From NCBI GenBank assembly GCA_014727915.1, contig WJMO01000004.1, positions 38,309 through 102,308 on the forward strand: 64,000 nucleotides of DNA, read 5' to 3'. A program made the position numbers and the translations under genes. Below are positions 20,648 through 30,900 of this stretch, one piece after another. This stretch comes from Candidatus Altiarchaeales archaeon. GTDB lineage: Archaea; Altiarchaeota; Altiarchaeia; IMC4; SCGC-AAA252-I15. Numbering within the stretch: the stretch's first letter is position 1; every line of letters begins with the position of its first letter. Below the pieces are notes generated by a model, which saw nothing but the letters and a program-made list of their open reading frames with translations, was not told the origin of the DNA and made no database searches.

Positions 20648-21562
20648 TTATGGGTGCTGTTTAAAACTTGATTTCTTGGCTATTATCCCAAGGTTTCCCG
20701 CGCAGAGCGAGACATTGGCCTTTCCTATCCCAGACGCTTCCAGGAGCTTCATCACAGGCTCCTTTATCTTCGTTGGGATAGGTGTTAGCCTCGCCCAATA
20801 CGACATAGAATAGGTGTTCTTCACAGGGAAGACATCCAATACCTCATACCCGTTCTTTTCGAACAGCCGTCTGATGTTCTCCCTGTCAAACAGGTAGATG
20901 TGTTCTATGTCCACGATCGGGCTCGACCTGCCGAGAAGCCTGGCGGACAGCGCTCTCGTGTCGTGGGTGATGCAGAGCACGATACCTTCCTCTCTCAGGT
21001 ATTCCCTGCAAGCCGAGAGGAAATCGTTGGGGTCTAGGACGTGGTCTAGCACCTGGAAGAAGCAGATGATGTCGAAGAACCCCCTTCTGAACTGGCCCTC
21101 CCGGAGCACGTCAACGGTTATGTTCTCTCTGATGTCGGGCGGGGCTTTGGAGACCGCTTCTCTTGACGGTTCGACCCCATAGGCGTTCTTGAATCCAAGG
21201 TCAAGGGAGGCCTTCATGAAGAATCCGCTCCCGCACCCGACCTCCAATAGGTTCTCCCTTCTCTCAAGATGGCCAGACGCCCTTTCAAGGTATCTGATGT
21301 ATGTGGAGCTGATGTTTTCGACTAGATCGTCGTAGTTCTGCGCGCTCCCACTGTAGAGCTCCTCGATCCTCTCAGGCTCCAGGATCGGATTCGAATAGAC
21401 CAGCCCGCATCCGACGCATTTCACCATCCTGTAATGGACCCTGTCTGGTGCCCTCCTCGCCGAAAACAGCGTCTCATCCACCTCTTCAGGGTCGAATGTG
21501 GACTCCCACAGGACCTCATAGGGTTTCTTCCCGCAGATGCAGCATTCAGTCTCTATCATCAT
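20648..21562 (-). CDS. Class I SAM-dependent methyltransferase with N-terminal Zn motif
   Basis: CCICG...CVGCGL, LEVGCGSG, QVLDHV. Confidence 0.85.
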   Translation of the reverse strand: MMIETECCICGKKPYEVLWESTFDPEEVDETLFSARRAPDRVHYRMVKCVGCGLVYSNPILEPERIEELYSGSAQNYDDLVENISSTYIRYLERASGHLERRENLLEVGCGSGFFMKASLDLGFKNAYGVEPSREAVSKAPPDIRENITVDVLREGQFRRGFFDIICFFQVLDHVLDPNDFLSACREYLREEGIVLCITHDTRALSARLLGRSSPIVDIEHIYLFDRENIRRLFEKNGYEVLDVFPVKNTYSMSYWARLTPIPTKIKEPVMKLLEASGIGKANVSLCAGNLGIIAKKSSFKQHP

Positions 21563-21564
21563 CC

Positions 21565-22506
21565 CTACCTGTAGCGTTCAGGGTGCTTTCCTATCCAATC
21601 GATCGTCTCAGAAAGCCCGGCTTCGAGGTCATATGCTGTCTTATGGCCCAGGAGCTCCTCTGCCTTGCTCGTGTTCGCAACCCATGAAAGGGGCTCATTT
21701 TCCCTTTTCCCCCGAACTCCGAAGTTAAGCTTTATCCTGGAGTCCATCAACCCATGAATCGTTTCCGCTGTCTCTCTTATACTGTGCTGGATGCCACTAC
21801 CCACGTTTATTATCTCCCCCGCCAAATCCGGCCTCTCCATCGCCTTCATATAGGCGGCTACGACGTCGTCCACGTATATGAAGTCCCTCACCTGACTGCC
21901 CTCCGTGAGGCTCATGTCCTCCCCCCTAAGACAGTGGGATATCACCTGCGGTATCAGCCTTATTGGCTCTTCCCATGGCCCGTAGACCGAGAATGGGCGG
22001 AGGGTCACGATGGGCTTATCCTCCAGCCTTGAATAGGTCTGGCACATAATCGTGGCTGCCGCCTTGGCCGCGCCATAGTAGTTCACAGGTGATGGGATGT
22101 CCTCCTCCTCCATGGGCCCTTCCTTCAGACCGTACTCGGACGAGCTCCCAGTGTTTATGAGCATCTTGTATTTTATGCCCGCTGACGCGCGAACGAGGTT
22201 TACCGTTCCAAGGTAGTTCGTTTCGACGATCCTCTCCATGCTTGTCTGGACGTCAGGGTAGGCTCCGTAAGCCGCCAGATGCAATATGTAGTCTGGTCTT
22301 ATCTCAGAAAGGGTTCTCTCGAGATGTTCGTATCTTGTTACATCGCCTTTGCGGACTTTAAGACTTGAAACTATGGGCTGCAACCTCCAGTCGTCGGATC
22401 CTTCCCTCAGGAGGGCGTGGACTTCATAACCTTCCTCGACCAGCGCCGCTGCGAGGTTTGCACCTACAAAACCAGTAGCACCCGTGATAAAGACCTTCTC
22501 GCCCAT
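21565..22506 (-). CDS. NAD-dependent epimerase/dehydratase/reductase
   Basis: TGATGFVG, YGAAK, RDFIYV. Confidence 0.88.
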   Translation of the reverse strand: MGEKVFITGATGFVGANLAAALVEEGYEVHALLREGSDDWRLQPIVSSLKVRKGDVTRYEHLERTLSEIRPDYILHLAAYGAYPDVQTSMERIVETNYLGTVNLVRASAGIKYKMLINTGSSSEYGLKEGPMEEEDIPSPVNYYGAAKAAATIMCQTYSRLEDKPIVTLRPFSVYGPWEEPIRLIPQVISHCLRGEDMSLTEGSQVRDFIYVDDVVAAYMKAMERPDLAGEIINVGSGIQHSIRETAETIHGLMDSRIKLNFGVRGKRENEPLSWVANTSKAEELLGHKTAYDLEAGLSETIDWIGKHPERYR

Positions 22507-22575
22507 TTTACAAAGCCTTCTGCAGAAACATCAACTATTACTAAAACAGTATTTAATAACGCTGGCTGGGTCTAT

Positions 22576-23517
22576 TCACAGGTTAACGGACCTGACCCAT
22601 TCGACAGTCTCGCGCAGCCCCTCTTCAAAATCCTTCACCGGATTCCAACAAAGCTCGCGCCGGGCCTTTTCCGTGTTCGACTCCGTGTGCATGACATCAC
22701 CCATCTGATCCTTGATGTAGCTGATGGTTCCGCCGCCCGCCAGTTCGATTATCTTCTCAGCGAGCTCCTTGACCGTCACCCTGGCTCCGCCGCCGACGTT
22801 GTATACTTCACCGCCTTTCTTCAACGCCTTCAACGTGGCGTCCACCGCATCTGAAACGTATGTGAAGTCCCTGCTCTTGCTGCCGTCCCCGTAGAGTTCA
22901 AGCCGTCCGCCAGTCAACGCCGTCCGCGCGAACTTGTGGATCGCCAGGTCCGGGCGGATCCTCGGCCCATAGACGGTGAAGTACCTGAGGGAAGTGTGCT
23001 TAATCCCATAAAACCTCTCATACAGTCTCAGGTAGTGCTCGCATGCGAGCTTGCTTGCCCCATACTGTGAGATCGGATTCTTAGGATGCTCCTCGTCGAA
23101 TGGAAGGTACTCTATCCTCCCATAGACTGAAGACGACGATGCGAACACAAGCTTCCTAACATTAGACTCCTTCACAGCTTCCAAGACGTTTATAGTGCCC
23201 TGTATGTTCACCTCGCAGGTCTTCAGCGGGTCAGCGACAGAAGCTCTGACACCCGCCTGGGCGGCCTCATGGATGACATACTCCGGGCTCTCACCATCAA
23301 CCAAACCTTTCAAAAAAACACCGTCCCTGATGTCACCTTCTATGAACGTGAAATCCCCATCGAATGATCCAATGTTCCTCCTCTTGACTTCCGGGCTGTA
23401 GTAGCCGTCCAGGTTGTCCACGCAGACAACCTCATGACCTTCATTCACGAGCCTCTCGCATATGTGCGACCCTATGAACCCCGCCCCGCCACTCACCAGA
23501 ACCTTCATCCCGTTCAC
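22576..23517 (-). CDS. NAD-dependent nucleotide-sugar 4-epimerase
   Basis: GGAGFIG, AAQAGVRAS, YGASK, FTVYGPRIRPDLA. Confidence 0.9.
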   Translation of the reverse strand: MNGMKVLVSGGAGFIGSHICERLVNEGHEVVCVDNLDGYYSPEVKRRNIGSFDGDFTFIEGDIRDGVFLKGLVDGESPEYVIHEAAQAGVRASVADPLKTCEVNIQGTINVLEAVKESNVRKLVFASSSSVYGRIEYLPFDEEHPKNPISQYGASKLACEHYLRLYERFYGIKHTSLRYFTVYGPRIRPDLAIHKFARTALTGGRLELYGDGSKSRDFTYVSDAVDATLKALKKGGEVYNVGGGARVTVKELAEKIIELAGGGTISYIKDQMGDVMHTESNTEKARRELCWNPVKDFEEGLRETVEWVRSVNL

Positions 23518-25007
23518 CCGAATAAATCGCTTGTCTTCCAGCAGGAACCTGCTCCTCCAACACCGAATGCAATCCTATCATCGGGCATCCCGTTGCAGAA
23601 CCCCCTTATCTCCTCCGGCTTGCTGTCCCAGTAGAGCCGGTCACAGCAGACATAGTCTATCCCATAGTCCAATAGTATGCTCATGTCCTCATACACTCTT
23701 GGGGGTACGCTGTTTGGAAACTCCCGCACCCTGACGCAATCCAACCCCGTGTAGTAGAGGCACTCGTGGACGGTGAACGGCATGACAACCCTGCTGCCCT
23801 CTGGTATCTCCTCCCGCATCATATCATAGAATGGGATGTAATCATCTACTATGCTCCTGTAGACAAAAGCGTATGAGAGCGTCCCGCCAGCCAAAACGAG
23901 CAGAGCAACACCCAACAAAACATCCTTGTGCTTGAACTTCACATCGTTCACTCCCCTCGCCACCAGTATGGGGGTGAACGGTATGAACACGACCATCATA
24001 CGGGCAAGGCTGTTGAACAGGGCAGGCACCAGCGAGACCATGAAAACAACCAGCACGAGCCCACCATACTTCAAGCCCTTCAGCTTCCCAGGACGGTATA
24101 AGCTGGCAGATGTCAACGATAGGACCGCCAGGAGCCAGGCGATGAAACCCACGTCCGCCAACGGACCGAAGTACCTCCTCCCCGTCTCCAGGTTGTCCAG
24201 CATGTCCTCCCCCGAGTTCGGAGCCCCGACCCAGAAGTCCAAAAATATCGTCAAAGGAACCTTGGGATTCAACAGCGATCCAAGCCTGCTCTCATATCTC
24301 TGGCTGTTCCAGTCCGGATGCCCGATGCTCCCCTCAAACAACAATGGCCAAACCGGATTCCCGAAGACGATCTGGTTCCTCACATACCAGGGGCTCACCA
24401 GAAGCAGGCAGCCGATGCCAACCGCCGCAGCCCGCCTCCAATCCCTCAAACCAAGATGCACCAATACTGCGATCAACAGCGCGAGCCCATGATAGTGGGT
24501 CAACCCGGCCGCAGCTGCTGCGACGGTGAAATAGCCCAGGTGCCTGACGCTTCCAGTCTCAAGGTAGCTGAGATAATAGTATATGCCGACCGCGCTCCAA
24601 AGGAAGAGGAGGCTGGTCGCATAGCCAACGCCGCTGTAGTACATGTGAAAGGGCAGCAGAGCGAAAACGACAATCGCATAGTTCGCGTAATCGGGGTAGA
24701 ACCTCTTCACGAGAAAAGCGAAGACCACCAACCCCATCAACCCGGCGAGCAACGGCACCAGCGTCACAACCCCGGTCAGCTTGTACAATACCGCGGACGA
24801 GAGGTGGAAGAGGGGCGGGTACCAGAAGGGGTCGGTTCCGGCCGCGTGCTCGAACAAAGGGAACATCCCCGTTTCAGCAATGTACTCTGCGGTGGTGTAG
24901 TGGATGCAGCTGTCCGTCGTGGGGGGTATCATGGCCCACAGTAGTATCCTCAAAATCACTCCCACAACCAAGGCTGCCCGAACCATGCCCTCCTTCAACT
25001 TAACCAC
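23514..25007 (-). CDS. GT-C membrane glycosyltransferase (ArnT/PMT-like)
   Basis: TTDSCIH, YPPLF, PWYVRNQIVFGNP; paralogous motifs to 11976-13715. Confidence 0.72.
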   Translation of the reverse strand: MVKLKEGMVRAALVVGVILRILLWAMIPPTTDSCIHYTTAEYIAETGMFPLFEHAAGTDPFWYPPLFHLSSAVLYKLTGVVTLVPLLAGLMGLVVFAFLVKRFYPDYANYAIVVFALLPFHMYYSGVGYATSLLFLWSAVGIYYYLSYLETGSVRHLGYFTVAAAAAGLTHYHGLALLIAVLVHLGLRDWRRAAAVGIGCLLLVSPWYVRNQIVFGNPVWPLLFEGSIGHPDWNSQRYESRLGSLLNPKVPLTIFLDFWVGAPNSGEDMLDNLETGRRYFGPLADVGFIAWLLAVLSLTSASLYRPGKLKGLKYGGLVLVVFMVSLVPALFNSLARMMVVFIPFTPILVARGVNDVKFKHKDVLLGVALLVLAGGTLSYAFVYRSIVDDYIPFYDMMREEIPEGSRVVMPFTVHECLYYTGLDCVRVREFPNSVPPRVYEDMSILLDYGIDYVCCDRLYWDSKPEEIRGFCNGMPDDRIAFGVGGAGSCWKTSDLFG

Positions 25008-25350
25008 CCAAACCTATTAGACTAACCCCCAAGAGTATGAATGCTATGCCAGCCCACTTCAACGTGTTCATCCTCTCCCCTAGTATCCTTACGCTTAGCA
25101 GGCAAACCCATATGTAACCTGTCGATACGAGGGGGAACAACACGGAGAGCTCCCCGCCTTTGATGCCCACCACGTAAAATATGGTGGAACTGCCGTATAT
25201 GAGCACGCCTCTCATCAGGTCAGTGTTCCCCATGAGCGACTTGAGGCTGAACTCGAGCCGGTCCGCTCCCTTCTTGAAGTACACGGATCCGAAGCTTCCG
25301 CAGAAGGCGGCCAACAAGACCAGGAACACGGCCCACAGCTCAGCCACCAC
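25000..25350 (-). CDS. Small EamA/SMR-type (ArnE/ArnF-like) membrane protein
   Basis: About 4 TM helices, GELSVLFPL, LGERM, WAGI. Confidence 0.75.
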   Translation of the reverse strand: MVAELWAVFLVLLAAFCGSFGSVYFKKGADRLEFSLKSLMGNTDLMRGVLIYGSSTIFYVVGIKGGELSVLFPLVSTGYIWVCLLSVRILGERMNTLKWAGIAFILLGVSLIGLGG

Positions 25351-25750
25351 CTTCACCTCCGTCTCTGCTGCCAAAACCGATCAGTGTGACCCCGAGGAAA
25401 ACCGAAGCAACACCCGCCCACTTAAGACCGTTCATGAAATCGCTGGGGAAGAAATGGGGCGACGCAATCGCCACCCAGATGAAGTTCATCGCATAGATGG
25501 GATACAAGACCGACAGCTCCCCGTACTTCAACGCCACCACCAGCACGACCGCAGCCAACGCGTACATGCCATAGCCGACACCCAAGGGAAGCAATATGAC
25601 TGCTGCATCAACAAGCGTTGAAACGCTGCCTATGCCCTGCAGGAGCTCCGGTTCAACGTTGTTGGCTCCCATCTTGATGAGTATCTGCCCTGAAGCAGCC
25701 AGTAGGGTGCTCAGGAACACCATCACCATGGCTCCTCTGCTCGTGCTCAT
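25340..25750 (-). CDS. Small EamA/SMR-type (ArnE/ArnF-like) membrane protein
   Basis: [22 protein letters not shown]; tandem paralogue of neighbour. Confidence 0.75.
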   Translation of the reverse strand: MSTSRGAMVMVFLSTLLAASGQILIKMGANNVEPELLQGIGSVSTLVDAAVILLPLGVGYGMYALAAVVLVVALKYGELSVLYPIYAMNFIWVAIASPHFFPSDFMNGLKWAGVASVFLGVTLIGFGSRDGGEGGG

Positions 25751-25834
25751 AATAAAGGCCTCCTGGGATACCTATCTTATGGGCTCATGTATTTATTAAA
25801 GTACTTCGATATAATGGCTTTGAGGTGGCTTAGG

Positions 25835-26494
25835 GTGAAGTTCTTCATAGACACCGCGAATGTCGAGCAGATAAGGGAAGCAAAGGATTGGGGGATATTA
25901 GACGGGGTTACGACCAACCCCACGTTGGTTGCGAAGGAGGAGTGCGACTTCGGCTCCGTCGCAAAGGAGATACTCTCGCTGGTGGACGGGCCAGTAAGCC
26001 TGGAAGCGGTCTCAACAGACGCTGAGGGCATGGTAAAGGAAGCCCGTGAACTGAGCAAGATGGGCGACAACGTCGTGGTGAAGATACCCATGACACCCGA
26101 CGGCATAAGGGCCGTGAAGCAACTGAGCTCCGAAGGCGTCAAGACCAACGTGACCTTGATATTCAGCGCCAACCAGGCGTTGATAGCTGCCAAGGCGGGC
26201 GCAACCTATGTGAGCCCCTTCCTCGGCCGATTGGACGACCAGGGCTGGGACGGGCTAATGCTAGTAGAGGACATAATGGAAGTCTACCGCAACTACGGGT
26301 TCGAGACCGAGGTCATAGCCGCCAGCATCCGACACCCCATACACGTGATCGAATGCGCCAAGATGGGCTGCCACATAGCAACGGTGCCCTATGGGGTGCT
26401 GAAGAAGATGTTCAAACACACCCTCACGGACAAGGGTGTTCGAGCGTTCCTCAAGGACTGGGAGAAAGTCCAGGAAAAATGCAAGAAAAAATAA
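25835..26494 (+). CDS. tal: Transaldolase / fructose-6-phosphate aldolase family
   Basis: [28 protein letters not shown]; GTG start chosen. Confidence 0.92.
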   Translation: MKFFIDTANVEQIREAKDWGILDGVTTNPTLVAKEECDFGSVAKEILSLVDGPVSLEAVSTDAEGMVKEARELSKMGDNVVVKIPMTPDGIRAVKQLSSEGVKTNVTLIFSANQALIAAKAGATYVSPFLGRLDDQGWDGLMLVEDIMEVYRNYGFETEVIAASIRHPIHVIECAKMGCHIATVPYGVLKKMFKHTLTDKGVRAFLKDWEKVQEKCKKK

Positions 26495-27036
26495 GGGAAG
26501 AACTAGGCGAGAGCATCAAAGTCAAAGAGAAGCTCTCACCCGAAGACATAGCCGCGGCAGCCGACCTAATAACGGAAGCCTTCAATTCCGGAGGCAAGAT
26601 ACTCTTATGCGGCAACGGCGGCTCCGCAGCGGACTGCCAGCACATCGCAGGAGAGTTCATAGGAAGGTTCAAAAAGGAAAGGGATGCCCTGCCCGCGATA
26701 TCCCTGTCGACGGACACCTCGATACTGACCGCGTTGGCCAACGACTACGGCGGCGACATCATATTCTCACGGCAGGTGGAGGCCCTCGGCCGGGAAGGCG
26801 ACGTACTAGTGGCGTTCTCCACCAGCGGCACCTCACCCAACATAATAAAAGCGGCGGAAGCCGCAAGGGATCGGAAGATGAAGGTCATCGGGTTCACAGG
26901 CGCCAATGGGGAGAAGCTGAAGAAGCTGTCCGACGTCTGCATAATGGCAGGATCGAAGGACACGCCGAGGATACAGGAGGCGCATATCACCGCGGCCCAC
27001 ATAATCTGCGGCCTGGTGGAAGCGAATCTCTTCTGA
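26479..27036 (+). CDS. gmhA: Phosphoheptose isomerase
   Basis: [32 protein letters not shown]. Confidence 0.93.
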   Translation: MQEKIREELGESIKVKEKLSPEDIAAAADLITEAFNSGGKILLCGNGGSAADCQHIAGEFIGRFKKERDALPAISLSTDTSILTALANDYGGDIIFSRQVEALGREGDVLVAFSTSGTSPNIIKAAEAARDRKMKVIGFTGANGEKLKKLSDVCIMAGSKDTPRIQEAHITAAHIICGLVEANLF

Positions 27037-27043
27037 GAATACA

Positions 27044-27577
27044 ATGAATCGCGCTGTATTCATAGACCGTGACGGGGTCATAAACGAGAACCGCAACGGC
27101 TATGTGAATGACTGGACCGAGTTCAACTTCATAGAAGGATCAGTTCAGGCCTTCAAAGAACTCGCCCAATCAGACTATAAAGTAATTGTTGTCACAAACC
27201 AGGCGGGGGTCGGACGGGGCAGGATGAAACGGGAGGACGTGGAGGACATACACGCCCGCATGCTCGCGGAAGTGGAAGCCGCAGGTGGTCGCATAGACGC
27301 GGTCTACGTGTGCATGCACCACCCTGACGAGGGCTGCAGCTGCCGGAAGCCCGGGACTGGTCTGGTGGAGATGGCTTCTGAAACCTTCAACCTTGACATC
27401 TCACGGTCATGGTTCGTGGGAGACCATACGAAGGACATAAAAGCAGGCCGGGACAGCGGATGCAGGACAGTAGCCGTGGGCACAGGATATGGTGGATCCG
27501 ACGGGTCATACGACGTGAAACCCGATTATGAGGTTGAAAACCTCCTGGAAGCCGTCAATCTTATATTATCTACTTAA
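27044..27577 (+). CDS. gmhB: Heptose-1,7-bisphosphate phosphatase (HAD IIIA)
   Basis: DRDGVIN, TNQAG, CMHHPDEGCSCRKP. Confidence 0.9.
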   Translation: MNRAVFIDRDGVINENRNGYVNDWTEFNFIEGSVQAFKELAQSDYKVIVVTNQAGVGRGRMKREDVEDIHARMLAEVEAAGGRIDAVYVCMHHPDEGCSCRKPGTGLVEMASETFNLDISRSWFVGDHTKDIKAGRDSGCRTVAVGTGYGGSDGSYDVKPDYEVENLLEAVNLILST

Positions 27578-27596
27578 AACACCTATATCCTATACG

Positions 27597-29003
27597 ATGA
27601 AGAAATCCAAGAAAAAGGACAGAGTGCGAAAGGCGCCAATGTCCCTGTCTGACATCGAGACGACAAAAGACATCAAGATACCCAAGGACCTGCTTGACCA
27701 GGTCATCGGCCAGCCCACGGCTGTTAGGAGAGTCCGGCTAGCCATTGACCAGCACCGACATCTACTCCTGGTGGGTCCGCCGGGCATAGGGAAGAGCATG
27801 CTCGCCCAGGCGTTGGCCCAGCACCTGCGCAAGCCGACGGAGCAGGTAAACATCGTAAACAACCCCGCCAACATGCAGAAGCCCTTCATCGAAGTTGTCA
27901 AACACCACAGCGAGGTAAAAACGGTCAGCCCCCAGGAGGTTCCGGCTTACGTATCCGAACAACTGGGTTTCAAATGCTCCATATGCGGGTCATACGGGAA
28001 ATACAACGAACAATACTGCACCAAATGCGGGGAGAACAAGTTCAAGCGCGTGAGCCCCAGGGACGAGATTCGGGCTTCATGCTATGCAGCCGACGGGACT
28101 GAGCACGACATGACCTACAAGCGAAAGGGAGGCAGGATACAGATCATAGGGCAGGAGCCTGAGCTGGCCGTTAAGGGAGCTGACAAGAAGAAGGCCAAGC
28201 GCACGCTCATACCCCTAAACAGGAAGAACTTCATACACGCGACCGGCGCCAGCGAGGTGGAGATGTTGGGCGACGTCCGCCACGACCCCTACGGCATGCA
28301 CCCTGAGATAGGGACTCCAGCCTACCTGAGGGTCATACCAGGCTCAATACACGAGGCCCACGAGGGCGTTCTATTCATCGATGAGCTCCCACACCTCGGC
28401 GAACTGCAGAACTACATATTGACTGCCATGCAGGAGAAGAAGTTCCCCATAACCGGTAGGAACCCCCAGTCGGGCGGAGCATCGATCAAAGTCGATGACG
28501 TTCCATGCGACTTCCTGTTTGTGGGCGCGTGCAACATCAAGGACGTGCAGGAAATACTTCCTCCTCTTAGGTCACGGGTTCTCGGCAACGGATACGAGAT
28601 ACTTTTGGAGACCGCAATGGAGGACAGTGAAGACAACAGGTCTTACATGGCCCAGTTCGTCGCCCAGGAGATAGTGAAAGACGGGAAGATACCCCACGCG
28701 CTCAGAGAGGCAGTGGATGAGATAATAGGTGAGTCTAAGAAGAGGGCCCGCATAATCGACGACCAGAGGAACTCCCTCACCCTGAGGCTTAGGGACCTTG
28801 GCGGTGTAATAAGGCTGGCAGGGGACCTGGCGTCCGACGAGGGGGCCGAGTTCATCGAAGCCCGCCACATAAAACAGGCCATCGACGAGGCCAAGCCCAT
28901 CGAGTACCAGCTTCAGGAGCGGTACGGTAGCGTGTGGAAGGGCATAGAGAAGGACCACATAATAAACCCCGAATATGGGAAGGTCGGCTCCAGCTACCTG
29001 TGA
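27597..29003 (+). CDS. LonB-like AAA+ ATPase lacking protease domain
   Basis: DQVIGQ, GPPGIGKS Walker A, LFIDE Walker B, LGDVRHDP, PPLRSR; ends without Ser-Lys protease domain. Confidence 0.8.
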   Translation: MKKSKKKDRVRKAPMSLSDIETTKDIKIPKDLLDQVIGQPTAVRRVRLAIDQHRHLLLVGPPGIGKSMLAQALAQHLRKPTEQVNIVNNPANMQKPFIEVVKHHSEVKTVSPQEVPAYVSEQLGFKCSICGSYGKYNEQYCTKCGENKFKRVSPRDEIRASCYAADGTEHDMTYKRKGGRIQIIGQEPELAVKGADKKKAKRTLIPLNRKNFIHATGASEVEMLGDVRHDPYGMHPEIGTPAYLRVIPGSIHEAHEGVLFIDELPHLGELQNYILTAMQEKKFPITGRNPQSGGASIKVDDVPCDFLFVGACNIKDVQEILPPLRSRVLGNGYEILLETAMEDSEDNRSYMAQFVAQEIVKDGKIPHALREAVDEIIGESKKRARIIDDQRNSLTLRLRDLGGVIRLAGDLASDEGAEFIEARHIKQAIDEAKPIEYQLQERYGSVWKGIEKDHIINPEYGKVGSSYL

Positions 29004-29007
29004 CAAG

Positions 29008-29502
29008 ATGATATCCTATGCGGACATTGAGAAAGCCCACCGGCAGGAGCGCAGCACACCAATACTCCAGAAGCTTCACCCCGACTTCTACATCGACGCT
29101 CGAAAGCTAATTGAGAACCCTGAAACCGGCGACTATGCCCCCATGGTCTCGGACATGCTGGAAAAGATATACTCTGCAAGGGTGAACAAGTTAATACACC
29201 ATGCTGGAAGGGCCTTGGGGGATTCAAAAAGCCCTGATAACATGCTTCCGGAGGAGAGGAAACTCTATGACAGACTCTTGGCTGCCTTATCTGAGAGCAG
29301 GGCCTCCGTGCTGGAACGTGAGGTCCAGGTGGAGGTGGAGGAGGAGAAGCCCACACTGAAGGTCCGTGTTAAAAGGGCCATGCCCGCGATCGTAGGCTCT
29401 GATTCTGTGGAATATGGCCCCTTCCGGGAGGACGATGTCGTTGAGCTGCCGGTGGACAGTGCTGAACTTCTCATAAAGCAGGGAATCGCCGAAAAACCCT
29501 AG
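29008..29502 (+). CDS. DNA replication factor GINS (Gins51/15-like)
   Basis: LQKLHPDFY, R..K, C-terminal IVGSD..YGPF..DVVELP B-domain; conserved position before rpl44e-rps27e. Confidence 0.75.
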   Translation: MISYADIEKAHRQERSTPILQKLHPDFYIDARKLIENPETGDYAPMVSDMLEKIYSARVNKLIHHAGRALGDSKSPDNMLPEERKLYDRLLAALSESRASVLEREVQVEVEEEKPTLKVRVKRAMPAIVGSDSVEYGPFREDDVVELPVDSAELLIKQGIAEKP

Positions 29503-29544
29503 ATACCCTGTTTTTAAATGATGGGTGCTTATATATTTGGTACC

Positions 29545-29826
29545 GTGAAAGTTCCGGATAAGATCAGGACGAACTGCCCGCACTGCAACAAGCACAGCGT
29601 ACATAACGTGAAACTGAACCGAAAGGGGAAGGAGCGGAGCATGAACGAGGGCAGGCGCAAGTACGAGGCTGTTAAGGCCGGATACGGCGGAAGCCCTAGG
29701 ACTCCTAAGAAGCCCTGCTACAAGATCGGCAAGCGGACCGTCCTGGTGCTCGAGTGCGGCGACTGCAAGAAGAAGCACCAGAAGCTCTACTCTGCAAGGA
29801 CCAAGAAGGCGGTGGAGGTCGGGTGA
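29545..29826 (+). CDS. rpl44e: 50S ribosomal protein L44e
   Basis: [20 protein letters not shown]; GTG start. Confidence 0.92.
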   Translation: MKVPDKIRTNCPHCNKHSVHNVKLNRKGKERSMNEGRRKYEAVKAGYGGSPRTPKKPCYKIGKRTVLVLECGDCKKKHQKLYSARTKKAVEVG

Positions 29827-30023
29827 TGTCAGACGATTTCAACACCAAGAGCAGGTTCCTACGCGTCAAATGCAACGACTGCGGCAACGAGCAGGTCATA
29901 TTCGGGGCGGCAGCGTCCAAGACCATCAAATGCCTCGTATGCGAGAAGCCTTTGGCTGAGAGCACCGGCGGCAAGACCCAGGTCAAGACGCAGATACTCG
30001 CGGTATTGGACAAGGACCTTTGA
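29826..30023 (+). CDS. rps27e: 30S ribosomal protein S27e
   Basis: [18 protein letters not shown]...CLVC...TGGK. Confidence 0.95.
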   Translation: MSDDFNTKSRFLRVKCNDCGNEQVIFGAAASKTIKCLVCEKPLAESTGGKTQVKTQILAVLDKDL

Positions 30024-30028
30024 TTCTC

Positions 30029-30448
30029 ATGGCCTATGAGTTCCTGGATCACACGGCTGACCTCAAGTTCAGGGCATCCGGAAAGGACTTCGAGGAGGCG
30101 TTGGCCGAGGCTGCCCGGGCGTTGACCGAGGCGATCGCAGGAGACAGCAAGATCGAAGCCAAGATACTGAAGGAGTTCACCGTCACGATACACAAGCCGG
30201 AGATACTCGTCCACGACTTCCTCCAGGAGCTGGTCTACATGTTCTCAGCCGACCATCTGCTGTTTGCCGATTTCGACCTGGAGCTGAAGGAGTCCATGGG
30301 CTACAGGCTCACGGCCAAGGTGAAAGGCGAGAAATACGACCCCAAACGACATAAGCTGAAGGCCGAGGTGAAGGCCGTGACATACCACGAGCTAAAGGCC
30401 GAAGAGTCAAACGACGTATTCTTGATAGAGGTCATCTGTGACACTTAA
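30029..30448 (+). CDS. Archease
   Basis: YEFLDHTAD and VKAVTYH motifs. Confidence 0.92.
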   Translation: MAYEFLDHTADLKFRASGKDFEEALAEAARALTEAIAGDSKIEAKILKEFTVTIHKPEILVHDFLQELVYMFSADHLLFADFDLELKESMGYRLTAKVKGEKYDPKRHKLKAEVKAVTYHELKAEESNDVFLIEVICDT

Positions 30449-30900
30449 AGCATTCCTTTAACCTCGACCCGGACGCCTCTCATCTCCAGCATATCCTTGA
30501 CTTTCTCGATTTGTTTGTTGTTGAGGTTGTTCTCTGTGCCTGTGACCCTGTTGCCCTGTATGACCGCGATCTTTGAAAGTATCCTGTTCCACCTCCCCTT
30601 CCATCCTCCCCTTACGATTTCGATCCTGTCGAACTCTCCGAACTTGAATTCTTGCTTGATTTTCGGGAACTCGATCCTGTCATCGTAGACTTTGAAGTTC
30701 GGTTTGTAGTCTATGCCCAGGCCGCCCTTCCTGTAGAGCAGTAGGAATGGTATGATCGCTCCGGGGGTCAGTATGGGGTGTATGGAGTATGTGACCGCCC
30801 CCACGAAAAGAAAAATGAAAAACACAATGAATCTTTCGCCCTTCTTCCTTTCTTTTTCCCCGGTTCCGTCGTGGAATATCACGTCGCCTGCTTGATCCAC
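30445..30900 (-). CDS. Hypothetical membrane protein (2 TM plus small beta domain)
   Basis: ORF coupled to upstream phosphomutase gene, hydrophobic hairpin. Confidence 0.55.
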   Translation of the reverse strand: MDQAGDVIFHDGTGEKERKKGERFIVFFIFLFVGAVTYSIHPILTPGAIIPFLLLYRKGGLGIDYKPNFKVYDDRIEFPKIKQEFKFGEFDRIEIVRGGWKGRWNRILSKIAVIQGNRVTGTENNLNNKQIEKVKDMLEMRGVRVEVKGML

